Positions 47,056-55,392 of a stretch of DNA of 64,000 nt are shown here, piece after piece. The translations under genes and the position numbers were made by a program. The stretch is from a virus (Duplodnaviria; Heunggongvirae; Uroviricota; Caudoviricetes): IMG/VR virus record IMGVR_UViG_3300027710_000009; one strand, 5' to 3'. Numbering within the stretch: position 1 is the stretch's first letter; every line of letters starts with the position of its first letter. A model generated the notes under the pieces. That model was not told the DNA's origin and ran no database searches. It saw only the letters and a list, made by a program, of their open reading frames with translations.

Positions 47056-47084
47056 ATTATAGACACAATTCGTTTGAAATGCAA
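47056..47084 (-). promoter_or_regulatory. Sigma70-type promoter TTGCAT-17bp-TATAAT (leaderless gp47 mRNA)
   Basis: The -10 ends 8 nt before the gp47 ATG and there is no Shine-Dalgarno. Confidence 0.75.
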
Positions 47085-47097
47085 CTAAGTTGGCAAT

Positions 47098-47985
47098 CTA
47101 CTCTTCGTGACCGCCGCCTCCACTGCTGGCCATTTGACGTGTGTAACTTGGGTTCAAGTTGTTCATTTGCAAGATGTCGTCCCTTAGATTCTGGTTGCGT
47201 TTTTCAATGTTAAGCACACGAGTGAATGAGTTGGTAATAGCTGCCGTGTAATAAGCAAATGGATTTTGACTCTTGCTTTCATCAAACTGCAAACCAATCT
47301 GACTCAACTGTAGCAGAGCTTGTGAGCGCATTTCATCATTGTATGTGTAGCCACGCCAGTTAGATCTTGTGGCATAGCGTTCACACAGTTTCATAAACAT
47401 GTGAGCCAGCTTGTTGGTCATTGCTCCGTGGTCTCTAGAATAGCATCCTGTGTCTGGATCGCCTTTCCAATGACTGATGCCCACTACCACTTGCAACAGG
47501 TTGTCTTCTGTGTCACGAGCAAGTTTTATGTGCTTGAACGGCGGAAAATTAACCTTGACAAATTTGGTAGGCTTGGCCGGCTCGTCAGCATCGTACTCGG
47601 TGTCTGCGGAGTCTTCATCTTCTTCAATCACAGGTTCAGCTTTGCCACGTTTTTTGCTGACTTTTACAATTTCTTGTGTGGGCACATGTTCCCATGTCAT
47701 GACACGAAACACTACTTCGTCTTCGGGAATCTTGGTATGCTTGATCAAAAAATCTTCTAGTTTGGCCTTGGTTCCGCCCAGCAAGGCTTCTTCTTGGGCA
47801 ATTTTAGCCAGGCGCTCGGCACGATTTTTCTTTGCTTCGGTTATGTCTTTTTTAGTAATTTTTCGCCCGTCAGTGATGATCATGTCGTAATCAGCATCCA
47901 GTGGGTTTTTATACCAGCAGTAGGTGTTCTTACTCTTGTGTATCTCTTTCAAGATATCTTTATTGTTGAGATAATTGTGCTTCAT
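47098..47985 (-). CDS. gp55: Late-transcription sigma factor (T4 gp55-like)
   Basis: NYLNNKD N-terminus and NWRGYTYNDEM...FDESKSQNPFAYYT...NSF.R.LNIEKRNQ. Likely start is MKHNY at 47985, after AGGA. Confidence 0.85.
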   Translation of the reverse strand: MKHNYLNNKDILKEIHKSKNTYCWYKNPLDADYDMIITDGRKITKKDITEAKKNRAERLAKIAQEEALLGGTKAKLEDFLIKHTKIPEDEVVFRVMTWEHVPTQEIVKVSKKRGKAEPVIEEDEDSADTEYDADEPAKPTKFVKVNFPPFKHIKLARDTEDNLLQVVVGISHWKGDPDTGCYSRDHGAMTNKLAHMFMKLCERYATRSNWRGYTYNDEMRSQALLQLSQIGLQFDESKSQNPFAYYTAAITNSFTRVLNIEKRNQNLRDDILQMNNLNPSYTRQMASSGGGGHEE

Positions 47986-48016
47986 GTTTAGCAGTATCCT
48001 TATAAAACTACCACTT

Positions 48017-48045
48017 ATTTTAGCAGGTAAATAGTACAAAAGCAA
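48017..48045 (-). promoter_or_regulatory. Sigma70-type promoter TTGCTT-17bp-TAAAAT (extended -10 TG) for gp55
   Basis: 17-bp spacer ending in TGC, 31 nt upstream of ATG 47985. Confidence 0.7.
48027..48033 (+). promoter_or_regulatory. Late promoter box (GTAAATA) for the baseplate operon
   Basis: 24 nt upstream of 48058, inside the spacer of the gp55 promoter. Confidence 0.65.
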
Positions 48046-48057
48046 GAGGTTTTTACC

Positions 48058-48894
48058 ATGCCAGACAGATTAAAAAATGCGTTACCCGGAGGCCTGCCCA
48101 AATATGTGGACATTGGCCAGACCAAACTTCCTAACAACAGCGCAATTCTGAATGCGCAAACTGCTCTTCAACGCAAAACTGAAAAACTTGACAAAACAAA
48201 AGACTGGCGAGTTCGTATCAGTCTTCCTCCAGGTAGCAAATTTGCCTTTAGAGGCCAAAGCGGCCAACCAAATGGCAATACCAGAGACAACGGAGAAGGC
48301 GGAACTTATAGCACACTAGGCTTTATGTATCCTCTCTCTGACGCTGCTGGCCCAGACGGAGTAGTGTTTCCACAAACACCTTCAATTACTGTTACTCATA
48401 ATGCAAGATATCAAGAACAAGCTCTAACGCATAGCAACTATAAAAGTTACTTTTACGAAGGTAGCGATGTTGCGGCAATTCAGATAGCTGGAGTATTTAC
48501 CTGTCAAAATGCCGCAGAAGCAGAATATGTCATGGCCTGCGTACAGTTCTTGAGAGCTTGTACCAAGATGTTTTTTGGAAAAACTCAATCTGGCAGTAGC
48601 CACCCATCGGGTACTCCTCCTACACTGGTAAGACTCAGTGGGTACGGAGATTTTTATCTGCCCGACCTAACCTGTGTGGTCACTTCAGTTGCACACACCA
48701 TGCCTGACGATTGCGACTACATTAAATTTAGAACTGTTGACGGCGAAAACTATGGTTGGATGCCAACAGTAAGCACTCTCACAGTTACCCTACAACCAGT
48801 AGTCAGCCGCAAACGACAAGCCGAAGAAATAAGTTTAGACAAATTTGTAAACGCAGAATACATATCTAGAAATGGCAGTGGAGGACTTATCTAA
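48058..48894 (+). CDS. Tail-tube-like baseplate protein (gp48/gp54-like tube initiator)
   Basis: DWRVRISL, GVVFP.TP.I, THSNY, FLR..TKMFFG and PP.LVRL.GYG...CVVTS motifs. Located before the LysM-like gp53. Confidence 0.6.
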   Translation: MPDRLKNALPGGLPKYVDIGQTKLPNNSAILNAQTALQRKTEKLDKTKDWRVRISLPPGSKFAFRGQSGQPNGNTRDNGEGGTYSTLGFMYPLSDAAGPDGVVFPQTPSITVTHNARYQEQALTHSNYKSYFYEGSDVAAIQIAGVFTCQNAAEAEYVMACVQFLRACTKMFFGKTQSGSSHPSGTPPTLVRLSGYGDFYLPDLTCVVTSVAHTMPDDCDYIKFRTVDGENYGWMPTVSTLTVTLQPVVSRKRQAEEISLDKFVNAEYISRNGSGGLI

Positions 48895-49193
48895 TGGCCA
48901 CCTATGGTAAAAACAGTCCCTACTATAACACTCCGCAGTATGGTACTTTCCTAGACATACTTGAAAAACGTTCTATTCCTTTTAGAAAAGACGACACAAT
49001 ATATGTGATTGAACGTGCATATCAATATCGTCCTGATCTGCTGGCATATGATTTATATGGTGATGCAGGCTTGTGGTGGGTGTTTATCGTGCGCAACCCA
49101 AATATCATCACAGATCCAATTGGCGATTTTGTGCCCGGGCTTTCAATCAGACTGCCCAAGCAACAGGATTTGATCACAGCATTGGGATTGTAA
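48894..49193 (+). CDS. Baseplate wedge protein (gp53-like, LysM-like)
   Basis: YQYRPDLLAYDLYGDAGLWWVF...N...I.LP. Confidence 0.8.
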   Translation: MATYGKNSPYYNTPQYGTFLDILEKRSIPFRKDDTIYVIERAYQYRPDLLAYDLYGDAGLWWVFIVRNPNIITDPIGDFVPGLSIRLPKQQDLITALGL

Positions 49194-49197
49194 GTCA

Positions 49198-52100
49198 ATG
49201 TCTAATCGTAAATTTTTCAAAGACCTCACACCGGGTGAACTACAATATCTCCGGAGCAATGCTGCCGCGATAGGACTATCAGATCCAACTATTCTATTAC
49301 GACGTGATGATGGTACAACTAAATTTGATGAATATCTCAGTCCGCAACAGAGAGACAATCTTTTTAATCTGTTGGATCGACCATCTGTTCGAGAAGCTAC
49401 CATCAGATTTGATCAGGCCTGGAACAATGTCCCCACACTAGATCGCGGAAATCTTACCAATGCTGATCTCAACATCAGTATTGCCAATGGTGGTGTTTTT
49501 GTAGCACCAACAGTGTTGACTGCAGATCAAGCTCGAGCACGAGGCATTGCAGGCTATGATGCCATAAAAGAAGTTGTAACATCAAGGCCACCTGTGGCCA
49601 GCGTTGAAGTGACCGCAGCCGTATCACGGTCTGGTGATTATTTTAGATTGTCACAAAAACAAACTATTGCCGAACAAAGTGCCGCAGAAACTGCAATACG
49701 CGGTCGCAATGGTGGTGCGCCAGTTACTGGTGTACGTACTGATGCCACCACGGGTGTTGTAACTGTTAGAGATAACAAAGGTGATCAGTATGTTCTAAAT
49801 CGAGACGAGCAAGAAGTGTTTGTCAAGCAGAGACAAACGCAGTTTTCTGTTGTGGAACAAGAAGAAAACGAACTACGATATTTTAGAAGCTGGGCCGAAG
49901 AACGAGGTGTTGATCGAGCAGAAATAGATGCTGCTTTTAATTACAGAGTACTGAATCCCGCCACTAACACCTTACAGTTGCCAACAACAGTCAATTCAGA
50001 TTTTCAAAATCACCTGGCAGAATACAAAGCCGCAAACGGTCGTTTGCCTTTTGCTACACCTGCAACAAATCTTGAACAATTTGGAATAGTGTCTCAGCAA
50101 ACCCTTATTGCAGAAGCAGATAGCAGGAGCAGACCACCAGGCAGTGGTGCTGGCGACAAACTTGAATCAACAAACAGTGTGGACACTGCTGTAACGCTGA
50201 CCGAAGCTGAACGTGCTCGCTTGGCTGCAAACGCTGCCAATGATTCTCTAAAACGTGAAATAATCACAAACGGAACAGCACCAGTGGTTGCTCCCACAAA
50301 GGTTGTTTCATCGCAATCGGCTGTGGTTGAGGTAACAGCCGACAGTAGCGTTGCCGCAAATAGCGTTCAAGTTGACGGATCAGGTACAATCAAGACAACA
50401 ACAGATTCAGCTGGTAATGCGGGCAATAACACAGCGGCAATACAAAACAATCCACTGGACGAATACGAAAGTTATACCTATGGAATTGCATTGCATGTGC
50501 TAAAAAAAGATGAATACGACAGACTAGCACAAAATTCCAAACAATGGACTCCGCAACACACCCTGATTGCCAGCGCCGGTCGTTGGAATGAGTCAGGGGA
50601 TCCCGACAACTCAAGCTATACTGGCGGCAATTTCAAAAGAGCAAAAGGTTGGGAAGATAACTTTTATTTTGACAACTTAAAAATGACTCAGTTGCAGTCG
50701 CCCAGTATTATTGGACGCGGAACCAACACACTGGACATGGAATTTACCATTATTGAACCATATGGGTTAACACTGTTGGATCGCATGATACGAACTGCAA
50801 ATGACCTCAAACAATCAAGTTACATGCACCTGTGCTACATGTTGCAGATAGATTTTTTTGATTCAGTAAAAGGTCTACTGATTGATCATAGAAAATACAT
50901 ACCAATACAACTAATTGGTATGAATATTAAAGTAAGTGGGAAAGGCTCACAGTATGTTGTCAATGCCGCACCGTTTCATCACAAGGCATTGATGAACACA
51001 ATTACTACCACACCGCAACACATGGATGTGATGTCTGGAACTCTTCGTGAAGTTTTTGCCGACACCAATGCCAGCAGTGAGTCGGCAGGCGGCGAAGCAG
51101 CCACCATCAACTTTAGAGAACAACAAGATAATACTGGTCCTAGTAATACCTCGTCTTACACTGGTACCGGTAATGCTAATGGAACAAGGGTAGCAACTGC
51201 TGAAGGAAATCCCAGCGACAAAGTATACCAAGTAAACAGTTATGTTGCAATGTACAACGGCTGGTGGAAAAAAATGAAAGAGCTAAATGCAACTGATCCC
51301 CAGTGGGAACCACAGAATATAAAAGTTAGGTTCGCAGACGAAATTATCAAATTTGAAAAACTTACTAAACCAGCAAACGCGGTAGTTGCTAAAGGCCCAA
51401 TGGCCAGGTCTGATGCCAAGCAAGGTGTTGCTGTGCCTGAAACTACTAAATTTGAAGGGTTTCATTTCAAAGCAGGATCTAACATTATTGAAGTAATTAA
51501 TACTGTCATGCTGTCAAGTGAATACATTCGCAGGCAGGTGTTGATATCCAACAAAAACGAAAGCAAGACAGGTCCTATACTCAACACAGTAGACTGGTGG
51601 AAAGTTTTGCCACAGGTGAAACTAAATGGGTTTGACAACGTGCTCAATCGCTGGAGCTATTCTATAACGTATTTTGTTGTACCTTATACAGTCTGGAATA
51701 CTAAACATCCTAATTTGCCCAAAAAAAGTCCTGTTCGCGCCAACTGTGTAAAACAATACAATTATCTCTACACAGGTGATAATAGATCAGTTATTGATTT
51801 TCAGGTTGAATTTGACATGTTGTATTTTACTACCGTGGCAGGACTCAAACAATACAATATTGATAATACTGGTCGTAAAGAATCTGGTGGCAAAGAAGGC
51901 GCAGATCAAACTAACCCTCAAATAATTTCAGACTCTCGCGGAGCCAACAGCAACACTCTCACACCAGTCACACACAATCTAATACCACATGATGCTAGAA
52001 ATGCAGGCAACAATCTTCAGCAGGATCCTATAGCAGTGGCGCTGGGCACAATACAAGACAGTATCTACAGTGGTCCCAATGGGGAGATGCTGACAGTTAA

Positions 52101-52752
52101 TATGAAAATCATTGGAGATCCGACATTGGTCAAACAAGATGATTTGTTTATTAACATTGGTGAATACTATGATCCAAACGGCAGAAGTCAAAGTTCAGAT
52201 GGTATAAAACTAAACAGTTCAAATCTTAAAGATGCTTCTCTAAATAATAATAGTATTATTACAGATGCAGGCGAAGTGCTTGCATGGGTGCAAGTTCTTG
52301 TGCCACCCGATATTGATGAAAACACTGGCGGCCTACGGCTTGGCGCCAGCGCAAGTAGCGTAAACAGTTTTACTGGTGTTTATAAAATCATGGAAGTGCA
52401 AAATGAATTCAGTCAAGGTAAATTTGTACAAACACTGATTCTCATACGTTACCAAGAACAAGAAGCTGACAAGGCCTATAGAGACGCATTGGCTGCGGAA
52501 AGTCAAAGAACAACTGGCGCTGGATCAAATGATCAATCCAATCTTGCAAGAAGTTCAGACACTGTAGCTGATGCAGTTAGTTCTGTAGTTTCCGTAGATC
52601 AATCATCACAGGTGGCAACTTTGTCAAATGGCACAAATGAAGAGCCAACTATTCCACAACCAACATCAGTAAATCAGCCACCAACGCAACTTGCTCTATT
52701 GAACACAGGCGACTTTCCTGAGTCAGTGATAGAACAAACAGATCTAGCTTAA
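49198..52752 (+). CDS. Baseplate hub protein (gp27/late-control-D-like) with long N-terminal extension
   Basis: NPLDEYESYTY, FTIIEPYG.TL, YNYLYTG.N, MKIIGDP and FTGVYKIMEVQNEFSQGKFVQTL motifs. Located before the gp5-like gene. Confidence 0.65.
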   Translation: MSNRKFFKDLTPGELQYLRSNAAAIGLSDPTILLRRDDGTTKFDEYLSPQQRDNLFNLLDRPSVREATIRFDQAWNNVPTLDRGNLTNADLNISIANGGVFVAPTVLTADQARARGIAGYDAIKEVVTSRPPVASVEVTAAVSRSGDYFRLSQKQTIAEQSAAETAIRGRNGGAPVTGVRTDATTGVVTVRDNKGDQYVLNRDEQEVFVKQRQTQFSVVEQEENELRYFRSWAEERGVDRAEIDAAFNYRVLNPATNTLQLPTTVNSDFQNHLAEYKAANGRLPFATPATNLEQFGIVSQQTLIAEADSRSRPPGSGAGDKLESTNSVDTAVTLTEAERARLAANAANDSLKREIITNGTAPVVAPTKVVSSQSAVVEVTADSSVAANSVQVDGSGTIKTTTDSAGNAGNNTAAIQNNPLDEYESYTYGIALHVLKKDEYDRLAQNSKQWTPQHTLIASAGRWNESGDPDNSSYTGGNFKRAKGWEDNFYFDNLKMTQLQSPSIIGRGTNTLDMEFTIIEPYGLTLLDRMIRTANDLKQSSYMHLCYMLQIDFFDSVKGLLIDHRKYIPIQLIGMNIKVSGKGSQYVVNAAPFHHKALMNTITTTPQHMDVMSGTLREVFADTNASSESAGGEAATINFREQQDNTGPSNTSSYTGTGNANGTRVATAEGNPSDKVYQVNSYVAMYNGWWKKMKELNATDPQWEPQNIKVRFADEIIKFEKLTKPANAVVAKGPMARSDAKQGVAVPETTKFEGFHFKAGSNIIEVINTVMLSSEYIRRQVLISNKNESKTGPILNTVDWWKVLPQVKLNGFDNVLNRWSYSITYFVVPYTVWNTKHPNLPKKSPVRANCVKQYNYLYTGDNRSVIDFQVEFDMLYFTTVAGLKQYNIDNTGRKESGGKEGADQTNPQIISDSRGANSNTLTPVTHNLIPHDARNAGNNLQQDPIAVALGTIQDSIYSGPNGEMLTVNMKIIGDPTLVKQDDLFINIGEYYDPNGRSQSSDGIKLNSSNLKDASLNNNSIITDAGEVLAWVQVLVPPDIDENTGGLRLGASASSVNSFTGVYKIMEVQNEFSQGKFVQTLILIRYQEQEADKAYRDALAAESQRTTGAGSNDQSNLARSSDTVADAVSSVVSVDQSSQVATLSNGTNEEPTIPQPTSVNQPPTQLALLNTGDFPESVIEQTDLA

Positions 52753-52765
52753 CTCAAGGTAAAAA

Positions 52766-54958
52766 ATGTCAGACAAATTATTTGGAAAAGCACCACCAAA
52801 AGAATTTGATAGAAATCAAAGCAGTACTCCTGTGGACACAGGAACCTATATTGGTGTAGTAAAAAATGTAAATGATCCCAAACGCAATGGACGATTGAGT
52901 GTGTGGGTGCCAGAACTAGGTGGCGCTGAAAATGATTCAAAAAGCTGGATCACAGTACGTTATGCCAGTCCTTTTTTGGGCAGTACAGACAATCCCGGAG
53001 TACCAGGAAAATACAACAAGGACAACACCTATAGAAGCAGTAGTCAAACCTACGGATTCTGGGCAGTGCCGCCAGACGTTGGCAATCAAGTGTTGATAAC
53101 TTTTGTTAATGGTCAGCGCGACAAAGGCTTTTGGTTTGCTTGTGTGTTTGATAGAGATGGTCATCACATGGTTCCTGGCAATCCAGGTGGCGCACCCGGT
53201 AAGGATTTTGACGCATCCAGTGTGTCCGATCCTGATCTCAAAAGCATTATTAATTCTACCAAGGGCGATGTTAATACTCCACTAAGCGAAACCAATCAAT
53301 ACGCTTCCAGTGACAATCCGTTGTTGTATCGAAAGAAAACTGTGCATGAGGTACAGGCATTTACCTACATCAATCAAGGACTTGACAGAGACATCACACG
53401 AGGTCCTGGTAGAAGCAGCAGTCAACGAGATATGCCTAGCAATGTTTATGGGTGGAGCACCCCGGGCCGAGGAAAGAATGATCCTGGCAAAGGTGACGGC
53501 GATGCAACCAAGCCCATATATGAACGCAAAGGTGGACACACGTTTGTAATGGATGATGGCGACTTTTACGGACAAAATCAACAGATACGTTTGCGCAGTT
53601 CTACTGGGCATCAAATACTCATGGACGACACCACTGGCGTCATGCACATTATAAATGCAGCCGGCAGTTCGTGGGTTGAAATGACACCAAGCGGACACAT
53701 AAGCGTGTACGCCGGCGGCGGAATAAATTTACGGTCTCGTGGAGATTTTAATATTCACAGTGACAGTTATGTAAAAATATATGGTGATGCCGGAATTCAA
53801 ATGTACACCGACGGAAAGTTTATTATTGAAGGCAAAAAAGAAGTTGGTATTACCGGCGGTGGTTCTCTTACACTTCATGGCTATCAAAAACTTGCAATGT
53901 TCAGTCAAAATGGGCCAGTACAAATTGATGCTTCGGGAAAAGTTACAATCAAAGGCAAAGGAGAAGTCTTGGTTGATTCTGGTAAAGAGGTAGCTTTACA
54001 AACCGGTACAACACCAGCTCCTCCTAAGGCAACAGAAGGTATTAGCATTTATGATCACGACGACACATTCAACAATGGTCGTGGATGGAACAGCATCAAA
54101 CGAAGCAGTAAAAGCATTGTGTCAATATTCCCAACACATGAACCCTGGAATCGTGCTGGGTACGATGCAATATCTGGGGCACCAGTTCAAATTGACAAAC
54201 AGCCTATTCCTGCACAGACCTATGTGGGCGGCGAAGCATCGTCTAGTAGAAACGTAATTGGAAATATACCTCGTGTGGGCACTCCGTTGCCGGCAGACTT
54301 TTTGAGCAAGTTTCCAGGCGTTGATCGAGCAATACTGGAAAATATTGGTCTTGATCTTTTGCCCAAAACAAATAGTTTTACCGCACTGACTGCTCCTCGC
54401 GCTAGCCAGGCTATTGGTACACTGAATGTTGAACAAATGAGTTCTGCATTGATTGGTATAGCATTCACCGAAACACGTGGCGATTCAGCCAGGGATGGTA
54501 GTGATTATCAAGTGATTAATCCCAGCACACGACAACTAGGCCGCTACCAACACAGTCCGCAAACCCTGGAAACTCTTGGATACATCAAAGCAGGAAGTAC
54601 ATCGTTATACGGCTCACAAGCAGTGGACAGGTCAGATGTCTGGACTTCTCGTGCTCGCAGTGAAGGAGTGACCACTGGCAGAGATTATTTACAAAGTCCA
54701 GGACTACAAGAAAAAGCACAAATGGAATATATGAATCTTGCACACAAAACAATGACTGCGTCAGGTGTGATCACCGCCACTAGTCCTCCGGAACATGTAG
54801 CAGGCATGTTGTCTGTAGCGCAAGCAATTGGACCAACAAATGCAGTAAAATGGGCACGAGGTGATTCTAGCGTGACAGATAGAAACCCAAGCGGAGTTAC
54901 CGCAACCAGTTATTATGCAGTCGGGCGCAACTCTATTCTAAGCAACTACAAGTACTAA
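52766..54958 (+). CDS. Baseplate central spike (gp5/VgrG-like) with C-terminal lysozyme-like domain
   Basis: OB fold (GVVKNVNDP...GRL.V, PPDVGNQVL), GHTFVMDD/GHQILMDD beta-helix, PTHEPW, then FTETRG...LGRYQ...LQEKA. Confidence 0.8.
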   Translation: MSDKLFGKAPPKEFDRNQSSTPVDTGTYIGVVKNVNDPKRNGRLSVWVPELGGAENDSKSWITVRYASPFLGSTDNPGVPGKYNKDNTYRSSSQTYGFWAVPPDVGNQVLITFVNGQRDKGFWFACVFDRDGHHMVPGNPGGAPGKDFDASSVSDPDLKSIINSTKGDVNTPLSETNQYASSDNPLLYRKKTVHEVQAFTYINQGLDRDITRGPGRSSSQRDMPSNVYGWSTPGRGKNDPGKGDGDATKPIYERKGGHTFVMDDGDFYGQNQQIRLRSSTGHQILMDDTTGVMHIINAAGSSWVEMTPSGHISVYAGGGINLRSRGDFNIHSDSYVKIYGDAGIQMYTDGKFIIEGKKEVGITGGGSLTLHGYQKLAMFSQNGPVQIDASGKVTIKGKGEVLVDSGKEVALQTGTTPAPPKATEGISIYDHDDTFNNGRGWNSIKRSSKSIVSIFPTHEPWNRAGYDAISGAPVQIDKQPIPAQTYVGGEASSSRNVIGNIPRVGTPLPADFLSKFPGVDRAILENIGLDLLPKTNSFTALTAPRASQAIGTLNVEQMSSALIGIAFTETRGDSARDGSDYQVINPSTRQLGRYQHSPQTLETLGYIKAGSTSLYGSQAVDRSDVWTSRARSEGVTTGRDYLQSPGLQEKAQMEYMNLAHKTMTASGVITATSPPEHVAGMLSVAQAIGPTNAVKWARGDSSVTDRNPSGVTATSYYAVGRNSILSNYKY

Positions 54959-54967
54959 GGAGCAAAC

Positions 54968-55345
54968 ATGACAGTATTCAAAGGATTTAGCACTTACAAT
55001 CGTACCAAGCGATACACACTGACTGACTTTGATTTGGTCAAACAAGATATCTTTAATCATTTCAACATTCGCAAAGGCGAAAAGCTCATGCGTCCTGAAT
55101 TTGGCACAAGCCTGTGGGATTTATTGTTTGAGCCTTTTGGCAACGAAATATCTTCAGCAATTGAACAAGAAGTTAGACAAATTGTTTCCGTTGACCCTCG
55201 TGTGCGCCTAGAAAAAGTCATTGTTGACACCTATGACAACGGCATCAATATAGCAATTAGCCTGGTGTTTGTACCGTTGAACCTTGGAGATGTTCTTTAT
55301 TTGAAGTTTGATTTAGAAAACAAAGCTGTTAGCCTAGCCCAATAA
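54968..55345 (+). CDS. gp25: Baseplate wedge subunit (gp25-like)
   Basis: GEKLMRPEFGTSLWDLLFEP...DPRV. Confidence 0.9.
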   Translation: MTVFKGFSTYNRTKRYTLTDFDLVKQDIFNHFNIRKGEKLMRPEFGTSLWDLLFEPFGNEISSAIEQEVRQIVSVDPRVRLEKVIVDTYDNGINIAISLVFVPLNLGDVLYLKFDLENKAVSLAQ

Positions 55346-55365
55346 AGTACCAGATTTACTCAACG

Positions 55366-55372
55366 GTAAATA
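55366..55372 (+). promoter_or_regulatory. Late promoter box (GTAAATA)
   Basis: 20 nt upstream of the gp6-like start. Confidence 0.6.
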
Positions 55373-55392
55373 CACAATACAGGAATTAACAG

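Noticed and set aside
47986-48045. Track start MLLYYLP for gp55
   Set aside because: The TTG is the -35 box of the promoter. The RBS and conserved NYLNNK favour ATG 47985.
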